Assembly (NCBI GenBank): GCA_046290225.1
Contig: JBKAGE010000067.1
Span: forward strand, 1-35,745
Length of the DNA stretch: 35,745 nucleotides
DNA from: Bradymonadia bacterium
Lineage (GTDB): Bacteria; Myxococcota_A; Bradymonadia; UBA7976; UBA1532
Direction: 5' to 3'
The notes under the pieces are model-generated. The model did no database searches. It was not told the origin of the DNA and saw only the letters and a list, made by a program, of their open reading frames with translations. The translations under genes and the position numbers were made by a program. This document shows, piece after piece, positions 1 through 7,964 of the stretch. The number at the start of each line of letters is the position of its first letter. Positions within the stretch are counted from its first letter, which is position 1.

Positions 1-268
1 CTGTGATCGAGGCATCGACCCAACGATCGACCTGCTGCTTGAACACGAAAGAGCTCTCGAGGCTCTTCGACATCTGACCGAGGAAGGCCTCGTTGCGAAT
101 GAGCCGGTCAACCTGACCCGACAACCACTGCTCCCACTCCTTGAAGATGGGAGACTGATTCTGAGTGAGGTTCTGAGTGAGGCCGTTGAGGCCCTGCATC
201 CACTGTGTGAAGGGGTTGAAACCGCTCATGCCTCTACTCATTCGCTCGTTGCTCATTTGGGTGTTCAT
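1..268 (-). CDS. Putative PHA synthase accessory subunit (PhaE/Bacillus PhaR-like), 3' end truncated by window edge
   Basis: Not in the ORF track; hand-translated from ATG 268 (GGGGAG RBS 6 nt upstream): MNTQMSNERMSRGMSGFNPFTQWMQG...IFKEWEQWLSGQVDRLIRNEAFLGQMSKSLESSFVFKQQVDRWVDASIT, open to base 1. The helical W..W...F..QM...L..F..Q pattern resembles PhaE/PhaR, and it lies next to a phasin-like gene. Confidence 0.55.
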   Translation of the reverse strand, partial: MNTQMSNERMSRGMSGFNPFTQWMQGLNGLTQNLTQNQSPIFKEWEQWLSGQVDRLIRNEAFLGQMSKSLESSFVFKQQVDRWVDASIT

Positions 269-289
269 CACAATCTCCCCTGAAAGCCC

Positions 290-306
290 ACGTTGCGATG
301 CAACGT
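290..306. promoter_or_regulatory. Perfect palindrome ACGTTGC-GAT-GCAACGT, candidate PHA-regulator operator
   Basis: 7-bp perfect arms about 20 nt upstream of the PhaE-like start. The TGC-N3-GCA core recurs at 879-887. Confidence 0.45.
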
Positions 307-525
307 AGCGGTTCTGTTCCGGGTTGATCGGCGCAAGCCTCGAGCCCCTGCTCGCGCTTGAGCGGGCGTCATCTTACACGGGCAAGACGAGATTGGGCAG
401 GGGTTCGAGGCGTGCGCCGAGCACATTCGCCTCGTGCACCCTCACCGTGAGGGTCACAGTGAGTCGGTGGGTGTCACGGAGCGACGGTCGGTCGCGAAGA
501 TGAGCGCTGGGCGTGTGCCCGTTGC

Positions 526-786
526 TCAGCCCTTGGCAGGTACAGCCTGGGCAACGGCATCACCGAAGGCCTTGACCTGGCGCTCCATCAGCTCGGCGTT
601 GTGCTTGATCATCCCGAACATGAACTCGGTCTGCTGGCTCAGGGCCCGGGTCATGTTGTCGCGCACGGTGGCGGCGATCTTCTCGCCCTCGGTGATGGAC
701 TTCTGGGTGAGATCGAGCATCTGAGCGTTCCAGTAGCCCATCTCGTCGCGGAAAATCTGGTTGGAGTTCTCGAACATGGTTTCCAT
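526..786 (-). CDS. Phasin-like small amphipathic helical protein
   Basis: 86 aa, apparently all-helical, Met/Gln/Glu-rich with Ala-rich C-tail (AVAQAVPAKG). GAGAGG RBS. Upstream of and co-directional with the PhaE-like gene. Confidence 0.5.
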   Translation of the reverse strand: METMFENSNQIFRDEMGYWNAQMLDLTQKSITEGEKIAATVRDNMTRALSQQTEFMFGMIKHNAELMERQVKAFGDAVAQAVPAKG

Positions 787-839
787 GGGTCAGCCCTCTC
801 GGTGTTGAAACGGGTCACCACATCATGTGGTCGAGGAAG

Positions 840-868
840 AAGGTAAGGGCGAGGCTCCAGGGGGTCAA
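840..868 (-). promoter_or_regulatory. Sigma70-type promoter of the phasin-like gene
   Basis: Minus strand TTGACC (868-863), 17-nt spacer, TACCTT (845-840). Flanked by TGCAACGCA (879-887) upstream and palindrome ACCACAT-C-ATGTGGT (817-831) downstream. Confidence 0.5.
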
Positions 869-1017
869 GACATTTTTGTGCAACGCAACAAGGCGGCAAC
901 CAAACGCCTAAAACCAAACAACTAACAACCTAAACAAAAGCAACATTAAGCACACATCCGCTGGGATAAACCTCTCCCCACGACGACAACATTGATGTGC
1001 TCTGTGAAGTGCCCGAA

Positions 1018-2031
1018 TCAGGGCATTTCGACGGGGATCGGTGTGTAGTCCTGCTCTGTGGCGTAGATGATCCATCCGCCCGAAGTCCGCCTCAGGCCGT
1101 AGCACCACCATGCAGGGCGCTCGCTCTGCGCCCCCGCCGAGATGATGTGCTCTCGGCCAGAGACGACGACACACCCTCGATTGGCTTCGATCCACCACCC
1201 GTCGAGGGTGTCCACGTACCCCCAACGGCCAAAACCTGCACCTGTGCAGGCATCTCGGATGGCCATGGCGTGCACGTCTGCAGCGCGGTTGGGGTGTGGA
1301 AACGCCGAGGCCATCTGACGCCAGAGCCGGCGGTGCAGCCCCTCATGCCAGAGTCGAACGGGCTCGAGCAATCCTTCTCCAGAAGGATCTGCAATCGTGA
1401 AAGGTGGTACCTCTGGTGGCCGATAGAACAAGTTGGGCGGCTCGGACTGCTCGACCTCGACGTGCTCGCCCTCACTGTCCTGCGCAGCCCACCAGGCTTC
1501 GTACTCTCTCGACCATTGCAGCCGGCTCAAGGGGGCCTCTCCAGCGAGGGCCCGCCAACGCTCGGCGCCGATGTTGAGGGTCACCTTGGCCTTGGGGCTC
1601 ACCAGAGGATGATCTCCGAGGGCGATTTGCAGCCGCAGGATAGAGACGTCATATCTACGTCGATCGCCCACGAGCCAGTCCACTCGAGGCGCCCACGTGA
1701 GGCACTCGACCTGTTCGGGCAGGTTCAGATCCACCGAGACACCCCATGTAGGTGTGTGCCACCGCTCGAGAGAGTCGATGACAATCGGTGCGGGCGTCTC
1801 AAGGGTGGAGGGTTTCTGTTGCAGATGCAGGGTGTCATAGGAGGCAGCCACAGCTGCCACCCCCCTGAGAGTGACGTGTACCCGCCGATCCTTCATCGGG
1901 CGACCATCGACCTCTCGACGCAGGCAATCGAGCACCAGAGACAGCTCGCCATGTGTGTGCACGACGTCGAGTAATCGCGCGTTGTACAGCAGCTCGGCGA
2001 GATCAGGCCCGGGGCCGTATTCCTGGTACAT
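1018..2031 (-). CDS. Hypothetical protein (337 aa)
   Basis: Globular, Trp-rich composition; fills the gap between neighbours. The overlapping + ORF reads like an antisense shadow. No family recognised. Confidence 0.65.
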   Translation of the reverse strand: MYQEYGPGPDLAELLYNARLLDVVHTHGELSLVLDCLRREVDGRPMKDRRVHVTLRGVAAVAASYDTLHLQQKPSTLETPAPIVIDSLERWHTPTWGVSVDLNLPEQVECLTWAPRVDWLVGDRRRYDVSILRLQIALGDHPLVSPKAKVTLNIGAERWRALAGEAPLSRLQWSREYEAWWAAQDSEGEHVEVEQSEPPNLFYRPPEVPPFTIADPSGEGLLEPVRLWHEGLHRRLWRQMASAFPHPNRAADVHAMAIRDACTGAGFGRWGYVDTLDGWWIEANRGCVVVSGREHIISAGAQSERPAWWCYGLRRTSGGWIIYATEQDYTPIPVEMP

Positions 2032-2211
2032 GTCGGCGCGTTTCGAGGCGTAGTGGAGTGTTCATCGAAAGCGCAGTCCTTTCGACAGACAAACACTAGC
2101 GCGATTTGAGGCACGCAGAAAGCGTGCGACTCAAAATCTTTTCACCCAACAATAAAACCATGACCCGCACACTGGTCGTGCGTGTGTGAAGTCATCACCC
2201 GCTGGGTTCAA

Positions 2212-2937
2212 TCAGCCTCGAGAAGGTTGGGGATCGCCGGAGATCGGGATGGGATCGCCCAGGAATCGGGGCTCCGTGGACAACACGTAGATGTCGAGGA
2301 CGGCGAGGGTTCGGGCCATGAACTCTCTGACGCTGGCCACGTGTCGATCAGCGTATTGACGCTTGTCTGCAGGGGCTCCCACGGCGTCGATGCCGGCCTG
2401 GTGTGCGAGGAAGATGGCCCGTGGCTGATGAAAATCCTGGGTGCAGATGATGGCGTCTTTCACCTGAAAGACCTTCTTGGCCCGAATCATCGTGTCCAGC
2501 GTCCTGAAACCGGCGTGATCCTGGAACACGTGGGCCTTGTTCACCCCACGCTCGGTGAGCCACCGCCCCATGGCGTTGACCTCGTCGTAGTAGCGCTTTC
2601 CGTGATCACCCGAGACGAGAATGCGCTGAACCTTGCCGGCGTTGTAGAGCTCGAGGGCCATGGAGAGCCGATCGGCAAGGGCCGGCGAGGGCGTGCCGTC
2701 AGCGTAGACAGCGGCCCCGAGCACGATGGCCACGGTCTTCGAAGGCAGCGCATCGAGATCGGCGTATTGATGTTCAGACGCTCGGTGAAAGACCCACCAG
2801 TTGGCACCGCCGGCGGCGAGGGCCCCGAGCATGACGAGCATCACGGAGATCTTGATGATTTTGATGAGGGCAGCCCATACCCTGCCCATCCGTGATGGGG
2901 GCTGTGTCTCTGGGGGGTTGACGGCAGGCTCGTTCAT
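2212..2937 (-). CDS. sanA: SanA/YdcF (DUF218) family membrane protein
   Basis: N-terminal TM helix and motifs AIVLGA, L.DRL..A.ELY..GKV..ILVSGD, Y.EV.AM, D.AGFRTLDT..RAK.VF, TQ.FH..RA, RE..AR..A..D, P.FLG. Confidence 0.9.
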   Translation of the reverse strand: MNEPAVNPPETQPPSRMGRVWAALIKIIKISVMLVMLGALAAGGANWWVFHRASEHQYADLDALPSKTVAIVLGAAVYADGTPSPALADRLSMALELYNAGKVQRILVSGDHGKRYYDEVNAMGRWLTERGVNKAHVFQDHAGFRTLDTMIRAKKVFQVKDAIICTQDFHQPRAIFLAHQAGIDAVGAPADKRQYADRHVASVREFMARTLAVLDIYVLSTEPRFLGDPIPISGDPQPSRG

Positions 2938-2988
2938 GGGTGCACCCTATCACGACCCCCTGCGCCACGTGCACAATCGAGGTCCCCG

Positions 2989-3612
2989 ATGGACAACACC
3001 GCTGCAAGCGATCCGCATTTCGAGATCGACGACATGTCGCCGGAAGACGTGCCAGCGATCTCTGCATTCGTCGACCGCACCCTCGGTCCTGGCTATATGC
3101 CGCCTGAGCAACTCGCTGCTGATCTCAGCCGAGCAACGGCACCCGATGCAGATGGGCAACCTGTGATCTGCGCGCATGTGGCCCGGAGCACGGAGGGGTA
3201 CATCGGCGGGTTTCGAATCGCCTATCCGCCAGGGCGCTGGTCACATGGCCGTGGAGACGGGCTCACCGAGCATCTCTGGCCAGCACCTCTATCGGCGAGC
3301 GCATACTTTCAGACCATCGTGGTCGACCCCGAGAGCAGAGGACACGGCCTCGGTCAACGACTGTCCCTGCGCGCCCTCGACGCCCTGAGACGGTTGGGTG
3401 CTCAAGGTGTGGTCACCCACTCCTGGCTCGAGTCTCCGCACAACAGCTCCCAGCGGTATTTGAAAAAGCTCGGCTTCGAGCAGGTGGCGGTGCACCCTCG
3501 CTATTGGATGGAAGTGGACTATCACTGTGTGCGTTGTGGCCGACCCTGTGTGTGTACTGCAGTGGAGATGGCCCTGGATCTGCGCGCAGAGGGAGGAACG
3601 ACGAGCACATGA
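2989..3612 (+). CDS. GNAT family N-acetyltransferase with C-terminal Cys cluster
   Basis: Acetyl-CoA motif A VVDPESRGHGLGQRL, motif B S.RYLKKLGF, C-terminal CVRCGRPCVC. Confidence 0.85.
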   Translation: MDNTAASDPHFEIDDMSPEDVPAISAFVDRTLGPGYMPPEQLAADLSRATAPDADGQPVICAHVARSTEGYIGGFRIAYPPGRWSHGRGDGLTEHLWPAPLSASAYFQTIVVDPESRGHGLGQRLSLRALDALRRLGAQGVVTHSWLESPHNSSQRYLKKLGFEQVAVHPRYWMEVDYHCVRCGRPCVCTAVEMALDLRAEGGTTST

Positions 3613-4787
3613 GCGTCTCATACTGGCAAGACACCACCCATGGCACCCCAGAGCGCGAGATCGATATTTTGGTGATCGGCGCTGGCATTGCTGGCACCTC
3701 AACGGCTTTCTGGCTGCGCAGCTCGGGCCTCGACGTCGCAGTGGTGGATCGAGGCGATGTGGGCGCGGGTGCCACTGGGCGCAACGCCGGCTTCGTCACG
3801 TGTGGATCGGTGGAGCATCACCACCGCATGGTGGTCAAACACGGCCGCGAAGAGGCCATGGCCCTCTGGCAAATCGGCCAGGAGAACATCGACCTCATCG
3901 AGTCGGTCCTGGTGGCCGACGGCCTGGACTGCGACTTCGCCCGGAAGGGTGCGTATTCCCTCGCGGGTACCGATCACGAAATGCAGGAGCTGGAACAATC
4001 AGCGGCGCTCTTGCGGTCAGATGGGGTCGAGGTCCACATGGTCTCGGAAGCTCAGGCCGCTGAGCAGCTCGGGTGTGTGGGGTTCCCCGGTGGAGCGTTC
4101 TACCCCGATGACGGTGAGGTGCACCCGGTGAAGCTCGCTCGGGGCATCCTCGAGCGCAGCGGCGCCGACTTCTACCCACACCACGAGGTCTTCGATTTAC
4201 AGGTCCTCGCCGACGGCTCCGTACGTGTGCACACACCCCGCGGGCGGTTCCGGGCTCAGGCGGTGGTGCTGGCCACCAACGGCTACAGCCACCTGCTCGA
4301 TCCGTGGTTTGCCGATCGCATCTACCCGACCCGGGGGCAGATCCTGGTCACGGCCCCTGCCCCTCGGCACTTCATGTCGGCGCCGTGCTACTGCAACTTC
4401 GTGCTCGACTACTTCCGGCAGCTCCCGGATCGTCGCGTGCTCATCGGCGGGTTCAGGCAACTCGACAAAGAGGCCGAGGTGGGGGTGGCCGACGAGCCCA
4501 ACCCCATCATTCACGAGGCCCTCGAGGGCTTCCTCGGTCGTCACTTCCCCGATCTCGCCGGTGTGCCCGTAGAGTACCGATGGGCAGGCACCATGGGCTT
4601 CTCCGTCGATGGTCTGCCCATGATCGGGGCTCTGCCCGGGCGGCCTCAGATCTACTTTGTCGGGGGGTTCACTGCCCATGGCATCGGTATGGGCTTCAAG
4701 GCAGGTCAGATGATGGCGGCGCTCATCGCCGAGGGTCAGGATCCCGGGCCTCTCAGCGCCCGCAGGCTGGCGGGGCTGGCCACCTGA
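3609..4787 (+). CDS. FAD-dependent oxidoreductase, DAO/PuuB-like (amine oxidase) family
   Basis: Start at ATG 3609 overlapping the GNAT stop (ATGA). Motifs SYW, ILVIGAGIAG, GATGRNAG, VVLATNGY, P.RGQ, YFRQ, WAG.MGFS.DGLP.IG, GF.AHG. Confidence 0.9.
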   Translation: MSVSYWQDTTHGTPEREIDILVIGAGIAGTSTAFWLRSSGLDVAVVDRGDVGAGATGRNAGFVTCGSVEHHHRMVVKHGREEAMALWQIGQENIDLIESVLVADGLDCDFARKGAYSLAGTDHEMQELEQSAALLRSDGVEVHMVSEAQAAEQLGCVGFPGGAFYPDDGEVHPVKLARGILERSGADFYPHHEVFDLQVLADGSVRVHTPRGRFRAQAVVLATNGYSHLLDPWFADRIYPTRGQILVTAPAPRHFMSAPCYCNFVLDYFRQLPDRRVLIGGFRQLDKEAEVGVADEPNPIIHEALEGFLGRHFPDLAGVPVEYRWAGTMGFSVDGLPMIGALPGRPQIYFVGGFTAHGIGMGFKAGQMMAALIAEGQDPGPLSARRLAGLAT

Positions 4788-4793
4788 GAGATC

Positions 4794-7223
4794 TCACTCC
4801 AGCTTGAGCAGGCCAGCGCCTGAGGCTTCGACACGTGCGTGGGCGTCGGCGCCCATCTGCAGCTGCTGGATCGTCTGGTGGGGACGAAAGACCTTGATCA
4901 ACAAGGCGTCCGCGCCAAAGGGCACTGATGCGAGGCCCAGGCCATTGCCCCAGGTCTCCCACGCGCCCTGATTGCTCGGGGTGGCCACATTGCTCGGGCC
5001 CAGAGTGATGGGGGTGCCGTTGAAGTGCCCTGGCCCCACGCGCCAGTCGAGCGATGCCAAACCCAGGCCGTTCCCCTCCACCTCATAGGCCTGGATCTCG
5101 TTCACGAGGCGGTTGCGCTGCTCAGTGGTGAAGGCGATGGCCTGTGCTGGTGCGGCCCCCCCGGCGATGAGCCGACGGGCCACGTGGGTGTCGATGATCT
5201 GGTTGCCGAACAGCGCACGGGCATGAGCATCGTTTCTGTTGATGCGCAGCGTGATCAGCGCGCGCTCCGAGAGCCCTTCCGCGGCATCGAGCAGGCGCTG
5301 GGCTTCATTGGGGTTCATCCTGAAGAAAGGCCTGGGGATGCCCAGCTCGCCCTCCTGGTCCACCACGGCGGACACCCGGATGCCGACGAAGGCCTTGTGA
5401 CTGGGCAACCAGCCCGTGCTGACCCGACACCTGCCCTGATGGTTCGTCACACAGCTGAACTCGCGCTTGACCTCCCCCCGCCAACGACCATAGACCTCCA
5501 CGCCAGCAGCAGGCCTATGACCGTTCTGCATGATCTCGAGCTGCACGACCGCCTGCACCTTGTTGTCTGCCTGCCGACCTCGCAGGGCGATGATGGGGTT
5601 GGCAGAATACGTATCGACCTCGCGATTCCGCACGATGATGTGTCGGTGCCGATGGAGGCAATGGTTGTGGACGTCATCGTCCATTGAGTCCAGGTAGTGA
5701 TTGCGGTTGCACTTCCGCATCATCTGACGCACTTGCTGAGCCTTTACGGGCACCCTGCGTCGCCTGGCCAGCAGGACGATGCGCGCGGCGACGGCGGAGC
5801 CCCCGGCCGTGGCCTGTGAGGTCCCCGCACCCAGCCAGTAGCCGTAGGTCCGTCGACCGCGGTCGAAGTCGTCCATGAAGCCCTGGCCCAGAATGCCGTC
5901 AGGCACACCGTCCTCGTTCATGTCATGGCTCAGCCGGCCACCGGGCATCGTGAGCTCCAGCTCGGGCCCCCGGTTGCTGTAGTCGCACAGCGTGACGTCA
6001 CCATCCTCTTGCAGGCAGCTCGCCCCCACAGCGACGACCATGGGGGAGGCCGCTGGGTACTGCACCACATCCTCCCCCCGGTTCCCCGCAGCCGCCATCA
6101 TCACGACCTCTTGCTCCGAGGCCATCGAGAGCGCCTCTGACAACAAGCCTGTGGGCTCATAGCCAGGGCTCAGGGCCAGGCTCATGTTGATGACATCGGC
6201 GCCTCTGTCCACGGCGTGATGGATGCCCTCGACGAGCATCATCTCCGTGCCCATCATGCGATGATCGAGCACCTGCACGGGCATGAGCCGGGTGTCGCTG
6301 GAGTAGCCCCTCAAGGGACCACAGTGTGGTGAGGTGGAGATCAGCGAGGCGATGTGGGTGCCGTGGCCATTGAGATCATCGGGCCATTGATCTGCATTCA
6401 CGAAGTCATAGGGCGAGACGAACCGTGCACAGCCCAGCTCGGGGCTGCGTGTGACGGTGTGACTCTGGTTGGCACCCTGAGCCTCAGGGTTCCAGACCCG
6501 GGCGTTGCGGTAGGCCACCCCGGTATCGAGGATGGCGACACGTACGATGGAGTGGTTGCCATTGAGCCAGGGGAAGACCCTGAACCCCTGCCAGCCCAGC
6601 TCGTTCTCGTACTGCCACTGCAGACTGCGCAGCTCTCCACCAGACCGCCCGGCGCCTCGGGTGACAGCGTTGAACTCCACCTCGACGCCTTGCGTGTGCA
6701 TCAAGGCTTCCCGCACCTGAGTCAGATGGCTGCCTGGGGCGATCTTCACGCGGTGCCAGGTGTGATGGGTGCTGCGTTGTACGCTGCTCAGGCCGAAGGT
6801 CTGCCTGATCTCGGCTCGACCGCGCTGGGTGAGGGTGGGGTGGAACCGGACCAGCAACTCATCGGCCACCACCTCGAGGGCCTGTTCGCCCGTACCCAGG
6901 ACGATGATCTCGTTCACCGGGCCTGGGGCTAGGTCTACGCCCACGAGGGGCTCCGACCAATACTGATCTTCGATGGCCAGACCCTCGGCATCATGGGGAG
7001 ACAGTTGTGCCTCCAAGGGCGGCAGCGCTGACATGTCGAGGGGCGCCAGGGGTCGGGTATATCGACCTGATGTGGTGCTCGAAGGCTCGAGAGCTGACGC
7101 TGATGATTGAGGGGACCCGTCAGAGGCATACCATCCGGTCACGATGCCGGCTCCGGCGAGGGCGAGGGCAGTCCATCGACGCGTATGGCCTCTACGCATG
7201 CTCCGGGTCTTTTGATGGGGCAT
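4794..7223 (-). CDS. Secreted S8 (subtilisin-like) serine peptidase with propeptide and long C-terminal extension
   Basis: Catalytic triad VAILDTGV / NGHGTHIAS / AGTSQAT, oxyanion AAAGN, VINMSL. Start placed at MPHQ (GGAG RBS), followed by a basic plus hydrophobic signal/anchor. Confidence 0.9.
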   Translation of the reverse strand: MPHQKTRSMRRGHTRRWTALALAGAGIVTGWYASDGSPQSSASALEPSSTTSGRYTRPLAPLDMSALPPLEAQLSPHDAEGLAIEDQYWSEPLVGVDLAPGPVNEIIVLGTGEQALEVVADELLVRFHPTLTQRGRAEIRQTFGLSSVQRSTHHTWHRVKIAPGSHLTQVREALMHTQGVEVEFNAVTRGAGRSGGELRSLQWQYENELGWQGFRVFPWLNGNHSIVRVAILDTGVAYRNARVWNPEAQGANQSHTVTRSPELGCARFVSPYDFVNADQWPDDLNGHGTHIASLISTSPHCGPLRGYSSDTRLMPVQVLDHRMMGTEMMLVEGIHHAVDRGADVINMSLALSPGYEPTGLLSEALSMASEQEVVMMAAAGNRGEDVVQYPAASPMVVAVGASCLQEDGDVTLCDYSNRGPELELTMPGGRLSHDMNEDGVPDGILGQGFMDDFDRGRRTYGYWLGAGTSQATAGGSAVAARIVLLARRRRVPVKAQQVRQMMRKCNRNHYLDSMDDDVHNHCLHRHRHIIVRNREVDTYSANPIIALRGRQADNKVQAVVQLEIMQNGHRPAAGVEVYGRWRGEVKREFSCVTNHQGRCRVSTGWLPSHKAFVGIRVSAVVDQEGELGIPRPFFRMNPNEAQRLLDAAEGLSERALITLRINRNDAHARALFGNQIIDTHVARRLIAGGAAPAQAIAFTTEQRNRLVNEIQAYEVEGNGLGLASLDWRVGPGHFNGTPITLGPSNVATPSNQGAWETWGNGLGLASVPFGADALLIKVFRPHQTIQQLQMGADAHARVEASGAGLLKLE

Positions 7224-7441
7224 GAAGACTCCTGGACACTGGGGGGTGCTCTCCCTCCATCGACCAGAACAAAAAGAACATTTAGAACCAAACACATCAA
7301 AGACCCACCCCCTCCACTTTTGAGCCAGTGGCCCACCTGTGCGCCCGATGAGGCGTGTGCAGGGTGGTCCATGCACATGACCGACAACACAATCAATATG
7401 ACGAGGGAGAGCTGGAGGGTGGTGTATCAGCCTGACTGGCT

Positions 7442-7717
7442 TCAGCAGATGGCAGGGGGCTTCTGAGCCCAGATGGACACACTGGCCCTTGACGCGATCC
7501 GTTGTCGAGACCGCTCGTAGCGTGCCCCCATGGGCGTGATCTCGTCGGCGTGCGTGGGGGTGTGGGCAATATAGGCTGCCAGGGTCCCAGCAATGAAGAA
7601 GCCCAGACTCAACGCCACGGTGTTGACCATACTCAACGTGATTTTCGGAGGCCCGACGACTTCGTATTCACCGTCGTGATGAGGCTCGTCTGATGGTGTC
7701 TGATGATCATGTGTCAT
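7442..7717 (-). CDS. Small single-pass membrane protein
   Basis: AGGAG RBS before ATG 7717; one hydrophobic helix (VALSLGFFIAGTLAAYIA); 91 aa. Confidence 0.5.
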   Translation of the reverse strand: MTHDHQTPSDEPHHDGEYEVVGPPKITLSMVNTVALSLGFFIAGTLAAYIAHTPTHADEITPMGARYERSRQRIASRASVSIWAQKPPAIC

Positions 7718-7964
7718 GAGAGGCTCCTGCTCGACGAGCACATGCCACGTGTAGCATGGCCAGATGTGTTGAAAGACATCATGGGAGACGACCAGTCAAA
7801 CGACCAGAGCAAGGACGAGGGCTGTGGTGACCCACCTGCTCTGACTGCACCTGTCCGTGCAATGCAGTCACGCTCATCGTGCACTGTGTTCGGCCCGTTC
7901 ATCCTGAAGCTCATCGCAACGCCGGTCGATATGTGAAGAAGGCGCGAATCAGGAGCGAGACGAA

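Noticed and set aside
2103..2142. Hairpin TTGAG-GCACGC-AGAAA-GCGTGC-GA-CTCAA with T-run as an intrinsic terminator
   Set aside because: The T-tract lies on the + strand while both flanking genes are on the minus strand, so function cannot be supported.
5630..5720. Possible frameshift in the S8 gene at the odd His-rich segment
   Set aside because: The frame stays open with C/G-ending codons and continues into a plausible domain, so it was kept as genuine sequence.
7224..7376. Longer N-termini given by the ORF track (S8 from 7376; also 3504, 12204, 14797, 19045, 31975, 33677)
   Set aside because: Downstream starts have an RBS, signal peptide or stop-start coupling, whereas the extensions overlap neighbours or non-coding elements.
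7703..7936. Short ORFs on both strands between the small membrane gene and the Kazal gene
   Set aside because: No clear RBS, motif or codon bias; more likely the divergent promoter region.
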